From: Cladosporium halotolerans
Taxonomy: Eukaryota
Direction of reading: 5' to 3'
DNA: 64,000 nucleotides
Assembly: GCF_011745625.1 (NCBI RefSeq)
Contig: NW_027191481.1
Span: 124,001-188,000 of the forward strand
The notes under the pieces are model-generated. The model was not told the origin of the DNA. It saw only the letters and a list, made by a program, of their open reading frames with translations, and searched no databases. Made by a program: the position numbers and the translations under genes. Shown in pieces: positions 23,801-35,671 of the stretch; the first letter of the stretch is position 1; every line of letters starts with the position of its first letter.

Positions 23801-25158
23801 GAAAAGGGAGGATGTGACCAGTGACATGATAAGGGCGGAGCTGATGTTGAGGATATTCGTTAGGCGATCCCCCCAGATGATTTGGAATTGTCGTTTGGCA
23901 CATGCCAGAATCTGTTGACCGAGAGACACATGGTACGGACTCTTCTTGCGAGAGAACCACGAAGAGAGCGAGCGATTCTTCTCCAAGCCTCTGACTTTTT
24001 GCATGTCTCGTATTTCCAGCTCCAAATTGTTGTCAGTAATCGGAGTAGCTTGCGCGGTCATACGCTGTCTCACGTCGCTTTGCCCGAAGCGTGCAGCAAA
24101 ATCGGCTGCACTTTCCGGTACCGTAGCTTCGTATCCTGGCCTGATCTGGCGCTCGGTTGGGACGGTGACAGAGGTCAAGAAGTCGGCGATGTTGGCACCT
24201 GGAGAACACACAAATCCCATGTCCTCGAAATATGCCTTGGCTTCTGATGTGGCTCCGTAGAAGATTTGTCTGCCCTCTGCGAGCACCAAAACCTTATCAA
24301 ACTGTTCGTAGATGCCGTTACCAGCCTGGTATAGAGTCGAGATAATTGTCTTTTGCTCTGTGCTTGCTGCCTTTCGCAAAACCTTGGCAAAATCCAGAGC
24401 GTTACTGGCGTCTAGTCCACGTGTGGGGTTGTCCCAGCACTGAAGTGGTGCCGTAGAGGCAAGGACTTCTGCAAGAGACACGCGCTTCCTCTCACCTCCG
24501 GAGACACCGCGCAAGAACTCGTTGCCAACTACAGTGTCCGAGGTATGCGATATTCCGAGAGAATCCAGGATCGACTGATTCTTGTCTGTGATGTAAGCCG
24601 ACTTCTTCTCCAGATGGTCTGGGCGTGTTCCAGGTAACTTTGCTGATGTTGCAAAATCCAAGGTCTCTGCTACCTTGAGCGTGGGAAAGTGCAGGTCCTC
24701 CTCAGTGTTCATCACAATTTGATGACGGAATTGCCCAGCCTCGCATGATCCAGCATTTCCGTACCACACGTCGCCGGTGACATTTTTGAATTCTCTACGC
24801 GAGTTCGAGAGAACTTTGAGTAGACTGGTCGTGCCTGAGCCGGGCCTACCAAGTACTAGAAGCTATTCTTGTGGTTAGCACTGTATCAAGCATAGTCGGT
24901 GCGGCAACCATACCATTTCACCTGGCCGTACTTGACCGGAAACACCCTGAAGGATTCGCTAATCGAATGTTAGTTATGAGCTGAACCGTTCGATCACTCT
25001 GCACATACTCTTGAACTGGCGCCATTCTTGGTGAAAGAGGGGATGAGGTCCGCGACCACAGAAGCTACGGTCGAGCCATAATTTTCTCCCAGGCCTTCAA
25101 CCTCCACCGCCACTTCGTCGAACGTGACAGTCAAACGTTTCTGTGTGGTGTCTGCCAT
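20878..25158 (-). CDS. Full-size PDR/ABCG transporter (NBD-TMD)x2, multi-exon
   Basis: NBD1 has GRPGSGTTS, GVSGGERKRVS and CWDNPTRGLD. NBD2 has GSSGAGKTT, GYCEQNDVH, LSIEQRKRL and FLDEPTSGLD. Two TMDs with Cys-containing extracellular loops. Frame changes coincide with GT..AG introns (for example near 24865-25010, 22640-22698 and 22370-22420). Confidence 0.95.
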
Positions 25159-25270
25159 GTTCGTCAGTCTGTGTGAGAGAAAGGAACGAATTGATTCAAC
25201 GAACCTGCGGAGTATATGTAGCCTGCGTTTTGCGTACGGAAAAGGAATCCAATTGACAATGCAAAACTTG

Positions 25271-25386
25271 TTCGGATTTGGCAAGCTTCCCGAAACAGAC
25301 CGCCGATGACCAGCAAGACTCAAGGCAGAATGTGGTCGTCAAGGTGCTATCGCGTCAAGCACGCTAGCGGCAAGGCGGAATTACGG
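25271..25386. promoter_or_regulatory. Candidate Zn2Cys6 binding sites in the ABC/TF divergent promoter
   Basis: Inverted TTCGG-N14-CCGAA at 25271-25294, plus three CGG triplets at 8-bp periodicity (25368, 25376, 25384). Confidence 0.4.
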
Positions 25387-25906
25387 ATTTCCAAGCTCGC
25401 GGCGTCCGACTCCATGGGACGGTGGGTTACGCGACAGGCAAGGGCATTACGGTGTGATATCCTTGTGTGTGATTCGGCGGCAGATCCTGGGCGCAACATA
25501 ATCTACCCTCGAGCCGCACACAGTGGTAATGATCATGGGCTGGTCATGTCATCTTTCCGGATCGAGCAGTTCTGGCCAGGAAGAGAGGATGCGGACGCAT
25601 CTTGGACGTGTCACATCTGATATTATTCTGCATGATGTCGACCCTCGCATATCTGAAGGCACGTTGATCAGAGACTGCGAAGTTTTGGGCAGTATCGTTG
25701 ACGGCGGTTGCTGCTCGGCATGTGGTTTGATGCTCCCGTGAGCGAGAATCGCATAAGCTCGAGACGAATCACGTGACATGGCTCTATCGTAGATGGTGCA
25801 GCACGTGCACCGGATCTACGGATTTGCGACGGAGTTTGGTAACGCATCTTTATCCATTCTTTTATCCGTCACTCCTCGGCAGAAACATTCCTTTGCAGGC
25901 AAGATA

Positions 25907-28154
25907 ATGAATCATTCTGCCGCTGCGAACAAGATCTCGAAGGCTTGCGAGCCATGCCGCCGGCGGAAGACACGGTGCAATGGGCTTCAGCCCTGCAACG
26001 CTTGCCACTCCCAGCCAGGCCAATGTGCGTATCGGGTGAAGGCGAGAAGCCGCAAATCCGCCGCACAAACGGCTGCCAAACCTGCTACGCCTGCGAACAC
26101 CCCCAAGGCAGCTCAAGAGGTGCCTCCCACAGCAGAGCTGGCTCCTCATGCAGAACATGATGAGACCGCTCAGGACACACCCAATCCGAGCGTCTATCAC
26201 GGAATTACGGCAACCCACACGCACGGAGCCGAGCCTGTCGAGTGCCCTCAGCTTTTCTACGGACCATCTTCGAACTTCGCGTTCCTTCAGCAGCTCCATA
26301 GGAGCATTCTCCACTTCGGCGCTGTGCGGCAGCCTGAGCTACGAGAAGATCATGAGGGTAGCGAAGGTCTTGATATGTTTGTACAAAGGTCTATCTTCTT
26401 CGGCACACCACGAAGGGTCACGGCGTCACATCCCATCACAAACGTTCCATTGAGCGAGGTGGTAGATTTGCCGCAAGCACTTTCCTTCCTATCCGAGTTC
26501 CTGTCAGTGAGCTTACATCTACTGCCCATGTTCACTAGACCGGAGCTCGAAGATTTGCTGCAGAGCTTCTATTCCGGAGCTGGCAACCCTCACCTGCGGC
26601 CCCAGCAAAAGGCTCTTCTGTGTGCAGTGCTGGCAATCGGCGCACTATCTACAGACCATACCGACCAAGCCGAGCTCCTTTACGAGCAGGCAAAAGTCAC
26701 AGCTTTTGCATTCGATGAAGCTGTCACATTGTCCATGATTCAACTCTCTATTCTGTTTGGTGATTATCAGATCAATATCGGCCGCCCCAATTCTGCATAC
26801 CTTCACCTTGGTGTCGCCGTGAGGAAGGCTTTTGCCATGGGACTCAATCGGGAGGCGATTGGCAAAAATCCAAGCGATCATTCGCTCCAGAAACGGCGCT
26901 CTACAATGTGGTGCCTCTATTTTCACGAAAGGTGTGTATCTTGCCCTGCTTTTGGATATGCAGCGCTCACATACTATAGGTGGCATGCTTTAGCAATGGG
27001 AAGACAAGGTGCACTCAAAATGCAAGACATCACCACCGTGTTTCCGGCTAATGAACCCGTCCTCATTGCCTTGTGCGAAGTTGCACGTGTTGCTGAGGCC
27101 AATGCTGAAGTAATGTATCTTCAAAAGTCCGAATCACTTCGCGTGCTCTATCTCATGGCAGAAAAGGCATACGATCAGCTGCGTCGCGTAATGGAGCAGG
27201 CTGATACAGCCTCCTCACCAAACGGTACACATAGCGAAATAGCGTCGCTTCACCTGCGCAACAGTAACTTTCTCCAAATCCGCCTATACAACCTGGATGC
27301 TAATTTCACTTACTAGTATACTATCATGCGGTTTTATTAAATTTCCGGCCGTTCCTTGTGGCTGATACATTTATCAGTGACCAGCAAAGGCTCGAAGCAA
27401 TGTGGCTTCGGGAGGCCTGCAGGCATGCTGTGAACGCCGCGCAAGACTCTCTTGTCTTTATGAGCTCTAAATATGCGTCAAGCGACACGTGTAAGGTATG
27501 TATTGGCGTCTTTCAGAAGCTTCGCACTAACGTACTCCGTGAGGAGCTGCAAGACACGATACTGACTATTTACATCAGAAGTCTCGGTTCACAGGGTTCT
27601 TCATCGAATGCAATTGCGCTGTGCTGCTCTACGATTCGCTGTGGCACCCTGCGAAGCATGCATACAATCTGGAATACATTCACATAGCGCTGCGGTGCTT
27701 GGACGACATGGTTCCTGATGTCCCCACCATTAACGCCAGAGAATCCGTCAATCAGATTTTGAAGGCAGTTGAGCACGCGATCTCAAAGAGGTCGATACGA
27801 CAGATTCAAGATTCCGGCTTGACTAGGGTGGCAGATCAGGGCACGGATGGTCCGACGCAACGCCCTCTCTCCGCTCATGGGCACATACACTTCCCATCAT
27901 CAGCTCGACAGGCTTCACCGACTAATGCAGGCGATTACATCTACTTCAACAGTCGGCAGAACAACGTTTCAGGCCATCCGCCTCCGATGACGAGTAGCGA
28001 GGGTAATGCTTTTGCACCGTCACAAGACATCGGCACCTGGATGTACGATCCCATGTCCTCACTTGACTTTGATGTGTTGACAACTGATCTGTTCAATTTC
28101 CTCCCACCACCTATGGAAGACCTCGCAACCGGATTTGGATCCAGTCAGCCATGA
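25907..28154 (+). CDS. Zn(II)2Cys6 transcription factor with fungal-specific TF domain, about 4 exons
   Basis: CEPCRRRKTRCNGLQPCNACHSQPGQC, FYGPSSNFAFL and AYLHLGVAVRKAFAMGLN...RRSTMWCLY. Introns near 26932-26980, 27265-27316 and 27496-27578. Confidence 0.93.
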
Positions 28155-28591
28155 GCCGAATCGCAATCACCGTTGAGACACGCCGAAGACGTTTCTGGGC
28201 GCATCTGTAAGGTATGGGACATAGCGACCCACTCTCACCAAAGAATGCGGAAGAACCATCGACTTTTTGGGGCGGTCGTTTTTGCCCCATCTGGCTGTGA
28301 TCACCGTCGTTGCTCGCTTCGCTTCGTCCTGTGTGTAGAGGCTCCAACAGTGCAAGACTGCGAGCTGCGACTGCAAAGCTTGACTGCAGATGGGGGCAAA
28401 TCAGGACAGACCGCATTATCAGCTAGCCTGTTTGGGTCATCTCTCGTCGATTTGCAGGAAACAGATTTGCAGCATCTCCTCCCAAGTCCCCACGACGTTG
28501 CCATAAACGGACTCAGAGTCGTCTTATAATCCATCGCTTTCGATGGCTGAGGGCGGCGCTGGCTGAAATGGCCGCATGGTGGTTTCAAAAA

Positions 28592-28882
28592 TCAGAAAGC
28601 GCGTCCAAGAGCCTGGTCGTCGTGGGTTGTGATCTTGCGGTGTAGCATGGGAAGAGTCGCAGCGGAGGCTTCCTCGCGCTCCTTCAGCGGCGACGGACCT
28701 TTCGGCTTGCCGGCATGAGGAGGACCTTGAGGAGGAGAAGGAGGGCCGTAGGCAGGAACCTTCCGGTCAGGTTGAGAAGGCGGAGTGCAGGCAGCCTTAT
28801 TGCCATGGCCTGGCTTCGGTGGTGCGGCCAGGCCCAGGCCTGCTGAAGCCAGCATGCAGAGGGTGAGGATGTCGAAACGCAT
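28592..28882 (-). CDS. Small secreted Pro-rich protein (96 aa)
   Basis: Signal peptide MRFDILTLCMLASAGLGLA. Shares its leader and the [15 protein letters not shown] motif with the 29917-30285 gene. TATA-like sequence about 75 nt upstream. Confidence 0.7.
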   Translation of the reverse strand: MRFDILTLCMLASAGLGLAAPPKPGHGNKAACTPPSQPDRKVPAYGPPSPPQGPPHAGKPKGPSPLKEREEASAATLPMLHRKITTHDDQALGRAF

Positions 28883-29916
28883 TATGAGAGTTGATCGGAG
28901 GTTTCGGATGGTTGGTACAGACGCTGTACGTTTTGAGACTTGAAAGGCGCAATCCCTTATATACTAATAAGATTGACCTCGGGATGCGGGTTATCTAGAC
29001 CTACCAAGATGCTCCCTGACCAATGCCAAATGGTATATATGACACGGCTGGGTGAAGTTTGAACGCCACCAGGAGGCCGACAACCGACTAAGGCTTCGCT
29101 TAGGGGCGACTTCTCGATGGCCTAGTGCTAGGCTCCGCGGTAAATCTGATGTGGCAAAGGGAACCATATTTCGCCTCCCTGACTTTGAGACACCAGGATA
29201 GTATGTCGCAGAATCGTAACTGTATCGACTACGAATCTTCTTTGACGTCAGTTCAGTGGGCGATCGAGTGTTCTATAGCAGTTTCGCGCTCGTGTCGATC
29301 TGCTTCCTGTACCTCTGATGCCCCTTGAGGCCGTTGGAGGGTGGATCCCGTTTTCGGCCCTAACGTTGATAATTTCGGGATGCGCGCCGGCTGTTCGGAT
29401 TGCCGCCGCGATACATTCAAGATCACAAATACCAGATGCGCTCAACTGCGAGGAGAAAGCCATTGAGGAGATTATAAATTGTTGTGTATATTTTAGAGAT
29501 TCTGGAAATACAGATAAAATGCGAAGAAACGCTGGCATCAAGTTTGAGCGTAACTTCACAACATGTGATCATTGATACTGGTGTTGCCGTCTCTTATCGC
29601 CGTGAAGACAAATCCTTGTCGCGTGCGGAAATCGACTTTCTCTTTCGTGAAGAGAGCAATTTCTCAAAGCCCTCTTGCTCCAAGTGAAATTCCGTATCGT
29701 ACCTTGGCCAAATGACTCTTTTCACCTTGTGCGGCAAGCACTCTTTTGACTTGCATGACAATTGCAACAAGTCGAGGATGTGGTTCGATGCAATTGTTCA
29801 TTATCGGAACATGAGACCGCCGCGTCGAGCGCTGCGATTCCCAGATACATCGGAGGCTCTGAATTCCTCTAGATTCGACAGTCCAACCGATCCATTCTAT
29901 CCCGCAGTTTGTGTCT

Positions 29917-30285
29917 CTAGGACGAAAGGCATTGGGAGTAATATTCATCTTGCTTCTTACAAGTGGCGGGGGCCGCGCACTTGGTAGGTCCTTCATAGTC
30001 CTTGCCACCGCACTGCCCGTAAAGTGTCTGAATGTCGGCTGGCCCCTCCATACATTGTGAATACCAAGCGTTCTGTTTCTTGCAAGACCATCCGTTTGAG
30101 CACTTGGTAGGACCATCGTAGTCTTTGCCGCCGCATTGGCCCCACTGAGTTTGAATAGAAGGGTAGGCCTCAACCTTGCGATCAGGCTGAGAAGGTGTAA
30201 TGCATGCGGATCCTTGGAAGTTTTCCGCAGCCAGGCCGAGAGAGGCTAAGGCAAGCATGAAGGGGGTCAAAGTCGAATACTGCAT
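29917..30285 (-). CDS. Small secreted protein made of two tandem CBM1 cellulose-binding modules, with no catalytic domain
   Basis: Signal peptide [19 protein letters not shown], followed by [34 protein letters not shown] and [34 protein letters not shown] (123-bp tandem unit). Confidence 0.92.
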   Translation of the reverse strand: MQYSTLTPFMLALASLGLAAENFQGSACITPSQPDRKVEAYPSIQTQWGQCGGKDYDGPTKCSNGWSCKKQNAWYSQCMEGPADIQTLYGQCGGKDYEGPTKCAAPATCKKQDEYYSQCLSS

Positions 30286-31281
30286 GGCGGGGATGTCTGT
30301 TGTGTTGTCCGAGGAGGTGAGGTTGGACAGGGCTCGAGGTTGTTGATGCTGTAACTTAGGATCAGTCAACATCATATTATGATTTCAGGCATTTTATCTG
30401 CTTCTACGCCGCGCACTGCTGAACGTTCAGGCGCCTGAAAGTAAGTGGCTACTATGAATCGCTCAGCAATGCCAAATGCGTCCGCTGATGCTGGTGTGTA
30501 GTCGGCCGACCTCTAGATGCTCAAGGCCCATGAAACGGTCGGCAAAAGAAGCTCGAAATGGCTAACAGGCTCCACGAACTATTGGCGTCTAGATGGTAGC
30601 TAAGATTGGCCTTCTTCGGCGGCAACGGTCCCAAGATAACAACGACATGGAGAAGATTTGGTCCACCCGTCTGGAGAGCCTTTGCATGATTGAACATGTC
30701 TTCTGTTCACAAATGATGCACTACGATCTCAGCCGCGAATGGCTTGGCTGGGAGCGCTTTTGTGATCTTCACAAGGTAGTGAGCATTGGTCAAGGAACCC
30801 CTGGCGCGAATGTCTCACCCGTGTCGCCCGTGCGAAGTGGAGCCTCGAATTCCGGACAATTCCGTCCCCTCTTGTTCTACTCCCCGTCCGGCGGCGGGAT
30901 GAGCATTCCCACATCGAGCGACGTAAGGAACCACGTATTCGGCAGACGTCCTTACTCGCGACAACATCGCCATAGCCTGCCACTGCATGCTTCCTCTTGC
31001 CTTCGCTCGACGAATATACAAGCCTGAATTTGTAGATCAGCTTGAAGCGCAATCTGACTTCGCCTTTTCCAGCACGCTAAGTTATGTACTAACCATGTAC
31101 CATATGCGGCTGAGTAAAGATGGCTCATGCCATTTATGAGGATATAAATCATAGGTGCTTCCCCGGGAAATAAGTAAATGCCGATACCATTTATTTGACT
31201 GCCGTTGTCTACCGCCTCGAGAGCCTGTACATCATTGACCATTTGGACGAAGCACCATCACCGCCAGTTCTAGCCATCAAA

Positions 31282-32184
31282 ATGACAACAGACTGGGGCA
31301 CAGCAGGGCTAGGCACATTTACCTCACACTCTCACACTGACGTTCATCTGTCCATCGACCCCGCAACGGTGTCCTTACCCAAACCCTTCGTCGTCTGCAT
31401 AGTTGGCGCATCAAGAGGTATCGGAGCTGGTGTCGCCTACGCTTACGCCAAAGCATCTGCTTCGGCCTTGGTATTAGCCTCTCGGAGAACCTCAGGCCTC
31501 GAAGCCACAGCTGCAAAATGCAAGGAGATCAACCCCGATGTCGAGATTGAGGTTGTCGAATGCGATATCACTTCCGCCGATTCCGTCTCCGCGCTCGGAA
31601 ACAGAGTCAAAAATAGATTTGGCAGGCTCGACGTGGCGGTGGTCAACTCAGGCTACTCTGGACCGGTAGTGCTGAAGCTCACTGAGACCGACCCTGCGAC
31701 TTTCCAGCAAGCGAGCGATGTCAACTACGTTGGTCTTTTCCTCTGCGCAAAGTACCTGATCCCACTCCTCCTCGGAACCGAGAACGGCGCAAAAAACTTC
31801 ATCACAGTGTCCAGTTTTGCAGCGATGATAGTGCGTGGTCCTATCGCCAACGCGCAGTACTGTGTGTCGAAGCTGGCTCAACTCAAACTCATGGAGCATG
31901 TCCACGAACAGTTCCGCGGAGAGGGATTGTTGAGCTGGTCTGTCCACCCTGGTGCTGTCAACAGTGAAATGGCAGCCGAAACCACACCTGAAGTCTTCAA
32001 ACCTTATCTCACAGATTCGTCCGACCTGTGTGGCGCCTTTTGCACATGGCTGACTAGGGCGGGCAAGGAGAGGGATTGGCTTTGCGGAAGGCTGCTAAAT
32101 GCGAAGAGCAATGTGGGAGAGCTGGTAGAGAAGAAAATTGAGATTGTGCAGAAGGATCTGCTGAAAGTGAAGCTAAGTCTGTGA
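31282..32184 (+). CDS. Short-chain dehydrogenase/reductase
   Basis: VGASRGIG Rossmann motif, RLDVAVVNSG, catalytic YCVSK (YxxxK) and VHPGAV. Confidence 0.92.
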   Translation: MTTDWGTAGLGTFTSHSHTDVHLSIDPATVSLPKPFVVCIVGASRGIGAGVAYAYAKASASALVLASRRTSGLEATAAKCKEINPDVEIEVVECDITSADSVSALGNRVKNRFGRLDVAVVNSGYSGPVVLKLTETDPATFQQASDVNYVGLFLCAKYLIPLLLGTENGAKNFITVSSFAAMIVRGPIANAQYCVSKLAQLKLMEHVHEQFRGEGLLSWSVHPGAVNSEMAAETTPEVFKPYLTDSSDLCGAFCTWLTRAGKERDWLCGRLLNAKSNVGELVEKKIEIVQKDLLKVKLSL

Positions 32185-32358
32185 TTGAGGCTTTGTGTGA
32201 ATCGAGCTTCAAAGTAGTGGGAAGAATTTGGAGATTCCTAATGCTACCCCAGTGAAGACAGCCATGCTCCAAATTTCTTGACTAGATTCATATAGTGATC
32301 TATTACACATCATCCAACGTCTATACTACACATTTCATCTCAATCGTTCACCGCGTGA

Positions 32359-33911
32359 CTAATATCCTGTACCATTTCCCCTGAGGGTATCAATGATCTC
32401 AGTAGGGCCGTAAGGTGCGCCCTCGCCGTTCTGCAGCGAGCCCTCAAGTGCGGGCCACTCGGTCTCCGCCCAGACCTTTTGGATCCTCTTGGCCGAAGCA
32501 GTGAGGCGGGAACGCAGTGAAGCGTAGTTCGAGTACAGTAGCTTGCCGGCGCGCTTGACGTAGGCACCGTTGACGATCACGTCTTCGATGTCCCCAACGT
32601 CGGCGTGCAGGATGATGGCGGCGACGGGATCGCTCCATCCGAGCATGTTGGGCGAATCGGTGCTGTAGACAACGAAATCTGCCTTCGAGCCGACTTGGAT
32701 GGTTCCCAGATCAGGGCGGCGAAGAGAGAGGGCGCCGGCGCGGGTAATCAGATAGAAGGCTTGCTCTACTGACATAGGGCTGTTGGTGGGGACCTCCCAT
32801 TTCTCGAGGGTGTTGAGGTAGCGACCGGCCCTGAGATTCTGTAGCCACATGCGAGCCTGGTTGACCATTGAAGAACTGTAAGTGAAGTGGCAGTCCACAC
32901 CCAGAGAGGCTTGGTCCTGAATACGGTTGGCGTGAGGGTGGTTATGACCGAAGTGAAACTCAGACTCTGGGGTTGTTGAGATGTACTGATTTGTCTCGCG
33001 GAGCAACTGGGCGTCCTTATAGTTCAGGAAGCTGCTGTGCGAGAAAACGACAGGGATGGTATCGTTCAGCCAGCCGTGAGAGTGCAGCGCCGTCGGGCTG
33101 TTCGTGAACCCCCACGGACCGCCAAGGTGGTGAGTGGTGACGACGGACAGGTTTGCGCCCTTAGTGATGTTCCACAGCGTGCTAAGATTGGAGGCGGGTG
33201 CGTCGAAGAAACGGTCGTAAGCAAGACCCAATGTCAGGAGGCCATTGTCGGCATGAAAGCGGTCGTCCTTGGTCAGACTTTGCAGCTTGCTGATCTGTTC
33301 GTCCCAAGACCAAGCGCCAGCCACCTCGTGGATTGCATGTGCGTAGACTGTCCGCACTCCGCTGTCGGCTGATCCATTAATGCAGCTGTCGGTACCCTCC
33401 CTAGACCAGCTCGCGTGAGCGTGGTCAAGAACCGTCGTGGTGCCAACGTGGACACGCTCAAGACTTCCGGCGAGCTGACCGAGATAGAGATCCTCAGGTG
33501 TGAACACGCTCGCGGATTGGCCGTACTCGCCAAACTTCTGAAAGTAGTCCGCCAAGGATGTGTTTGAGCCAATTGTCTTGAAAGCCGTTTGCCACAGATG
33601 CTGTAGGGGTGTCAATACAACAGTAGTTGCGCAGCAGTGTTTAGACTGACCGTGTGGGTGTCGATGAATCCAGGGCTTATGATCTTGCCGGTCGCATTTA
33701 CGCGGGTCGTGTTGCCAGGAATTCCACTGTCAATCGTTCCCTCGGAGAGTGCAGCGATGGTGTCACCATCGATGAGCATCGAAGCATCATCCAAGATTGA
33801 TACACGCTCGTCGTTCTCGTTGAATGAGATGATCGTAGCACCTTCATAGAGAATGGCACCTGAAGCACCAAGGGCAAGAGGAAGAAGAAACCCTGCTGAC
33901 CGCATGTTCAA
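32359..33911 (-). CDS. Metal-dependent amidohydrolase (MTA/SAH deaminase-like) with signal peptide, 2 exons
   Basis: PGFIDTHT|HLWQ (HxH completed across an intron at about 33602-33650), GTTTVLDHAH, SLGVDC and GTIQVGSKADFVV. The N-terminus is hydrophobic and there are many N-x-S/T sequons. Confidence 0.9.
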
Positions 33912-35671
33912 GATAATCGTCAGATATGGTGAGAGAAGATTGTGTAACGAGAGCTCCAGTTCACCTTGGAGCAGAGAAGGCTGCTTTTGTCATTTCCTTC
34001 TTCTCGGCTCGTGCTCTACACTGCCGAAGACTCGGCATTCGACTGGAAGTGGCCCGTATTTTCGGAGCTGAGCCCTATCGCCTTTCTTCTCAAGAAATTG
34101 TTGGATGACGAGACCCATGCGCTGATCTGCTGGCCACAGGCCGGTACATGGATATAGCACGTGGTAAAGTTGCCACTAGCGCTCTTCGCGGATAATAGAA
34201 TCTAGTTTCCCTGTCAATGAGCTGAGTAATGAAGACTAATCTGGCAGATCTGCTTCAGTAGCTATTTGATGGCATTTACTGTAAGGAGCAACAATGTGCA
34301 TGAAATCCTCTAACATTTACCAAATTGGTGCGAAAATTCTGTGTTCGCTGCATTGCAAGTGCGGTGCTATCGCTTCGTGGTCAGTCAGGCAACTGCCGAG
34401 TTCTATGATCAAGTGCCGAGACGCCCCTGCGAATTGGGGGCCCGAAATATCTGCTAAAGGAGTCCGTGGGTGATGCTCGGTATTCGAGCTTGCGCCCAAG
34501 CTTGTCAACCACAAACACCACGCGAAGAAAGACTTGCCCGGCGAAGCCCCCGTTCGAGGTAAGCGGCCCGTCGATGAGTGCAAAGCCTTTGTCGAGATCA
34601 AATACCTTGGCAATTCTGCAAGCCGGAGCAAAATTCCGACGGCTGTTGTGCTTCCAAGAGCCATTCATCTGGTGGAGGTTGTCCGAAAAGACCACTTGTT
34701 CAGGAATGTAGTGCCAAATTTTGAGCAGCAACAGGCACTCAGTTCAGCTTTTGCAAGCTTCATCATACTGCAAATGACCCCATTGGAGTTTCCGTTGGAT
34801 CAATAATGCTTATGGCGGCCCTAGAAGAAATGCTAGGGGCAGAATTGAGGTTCGGAAGCAGATGCCGTCGGGTGAGAAGTGTACGCTACGCATAGATCGC
34901 CATATCATCGCGTGTGTAACATACATTGTCATGCGATGAGCCGTTCGCAGGAGTCCAAACGCCTTGGATGTCTTCCGGTTGAGTTGCAAACATTGGCATT
35001 TCCGCGATCAAGGCGATGTCGTTTGATGGCAGCTCGAACTTGACGCCCAGCGGCTCAGGTGACGACTGCCAACGTGCCAAGCGCCGTGCGAGCCGGCGAG
35101 CGAGACGCCGAGGACACAGACATCGGTTTCTCGCTCCGCGGATCTCATCACGATCATCTGCTGTATCCATGAGTTTGCGCGAACGCTCATACACCGACGC
35201 ATTCCATCGTTGGTGGATGGCTTCAACCATGGCGCAGTACCAGTGTTAGTCTCGACAACAGCGAAGAGCACAAAGCATGACATCGACAATGACAGCAATG
35301 CCCTGTCTCTGGGCAGAATCCTCATCCGCCTTGGAAGTCACGGATAAAGTGACAGAGGAGCGGCATAAGGCCACTCTAGTGTAAGTGTCTCCGGGCTAGC
35401 GTTGCTGATCATGCTCCATTCCCAATCCTCGAGCGTTCCTGTTCGTTTCTTGCGTACCCCTATGATGTCGGTAGCCAATACGCTCTTGAATTTTCGCTTG
35501 CTGGACCAAGCGACCATCATTAGGAACATCAAATAGCCCCATTGAGTCAGAACAAGAGTCAGGATATGTGAAGGATCGACAGCACGCGTGGTGGTCTCGA
35601 CTTCGGCACCGATGTTCTCTCTTCTTCACTGCCCATTCCGAAGGAGCCTCTAGCTGAGGTTGGTCACTTCA

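Noticed and set aside
34886..35630. Short minus-strand ORFs with hydrophobic stretches, considered as a transporter relic
   Set aside because: No convincing family motif and no consistent exon chain.
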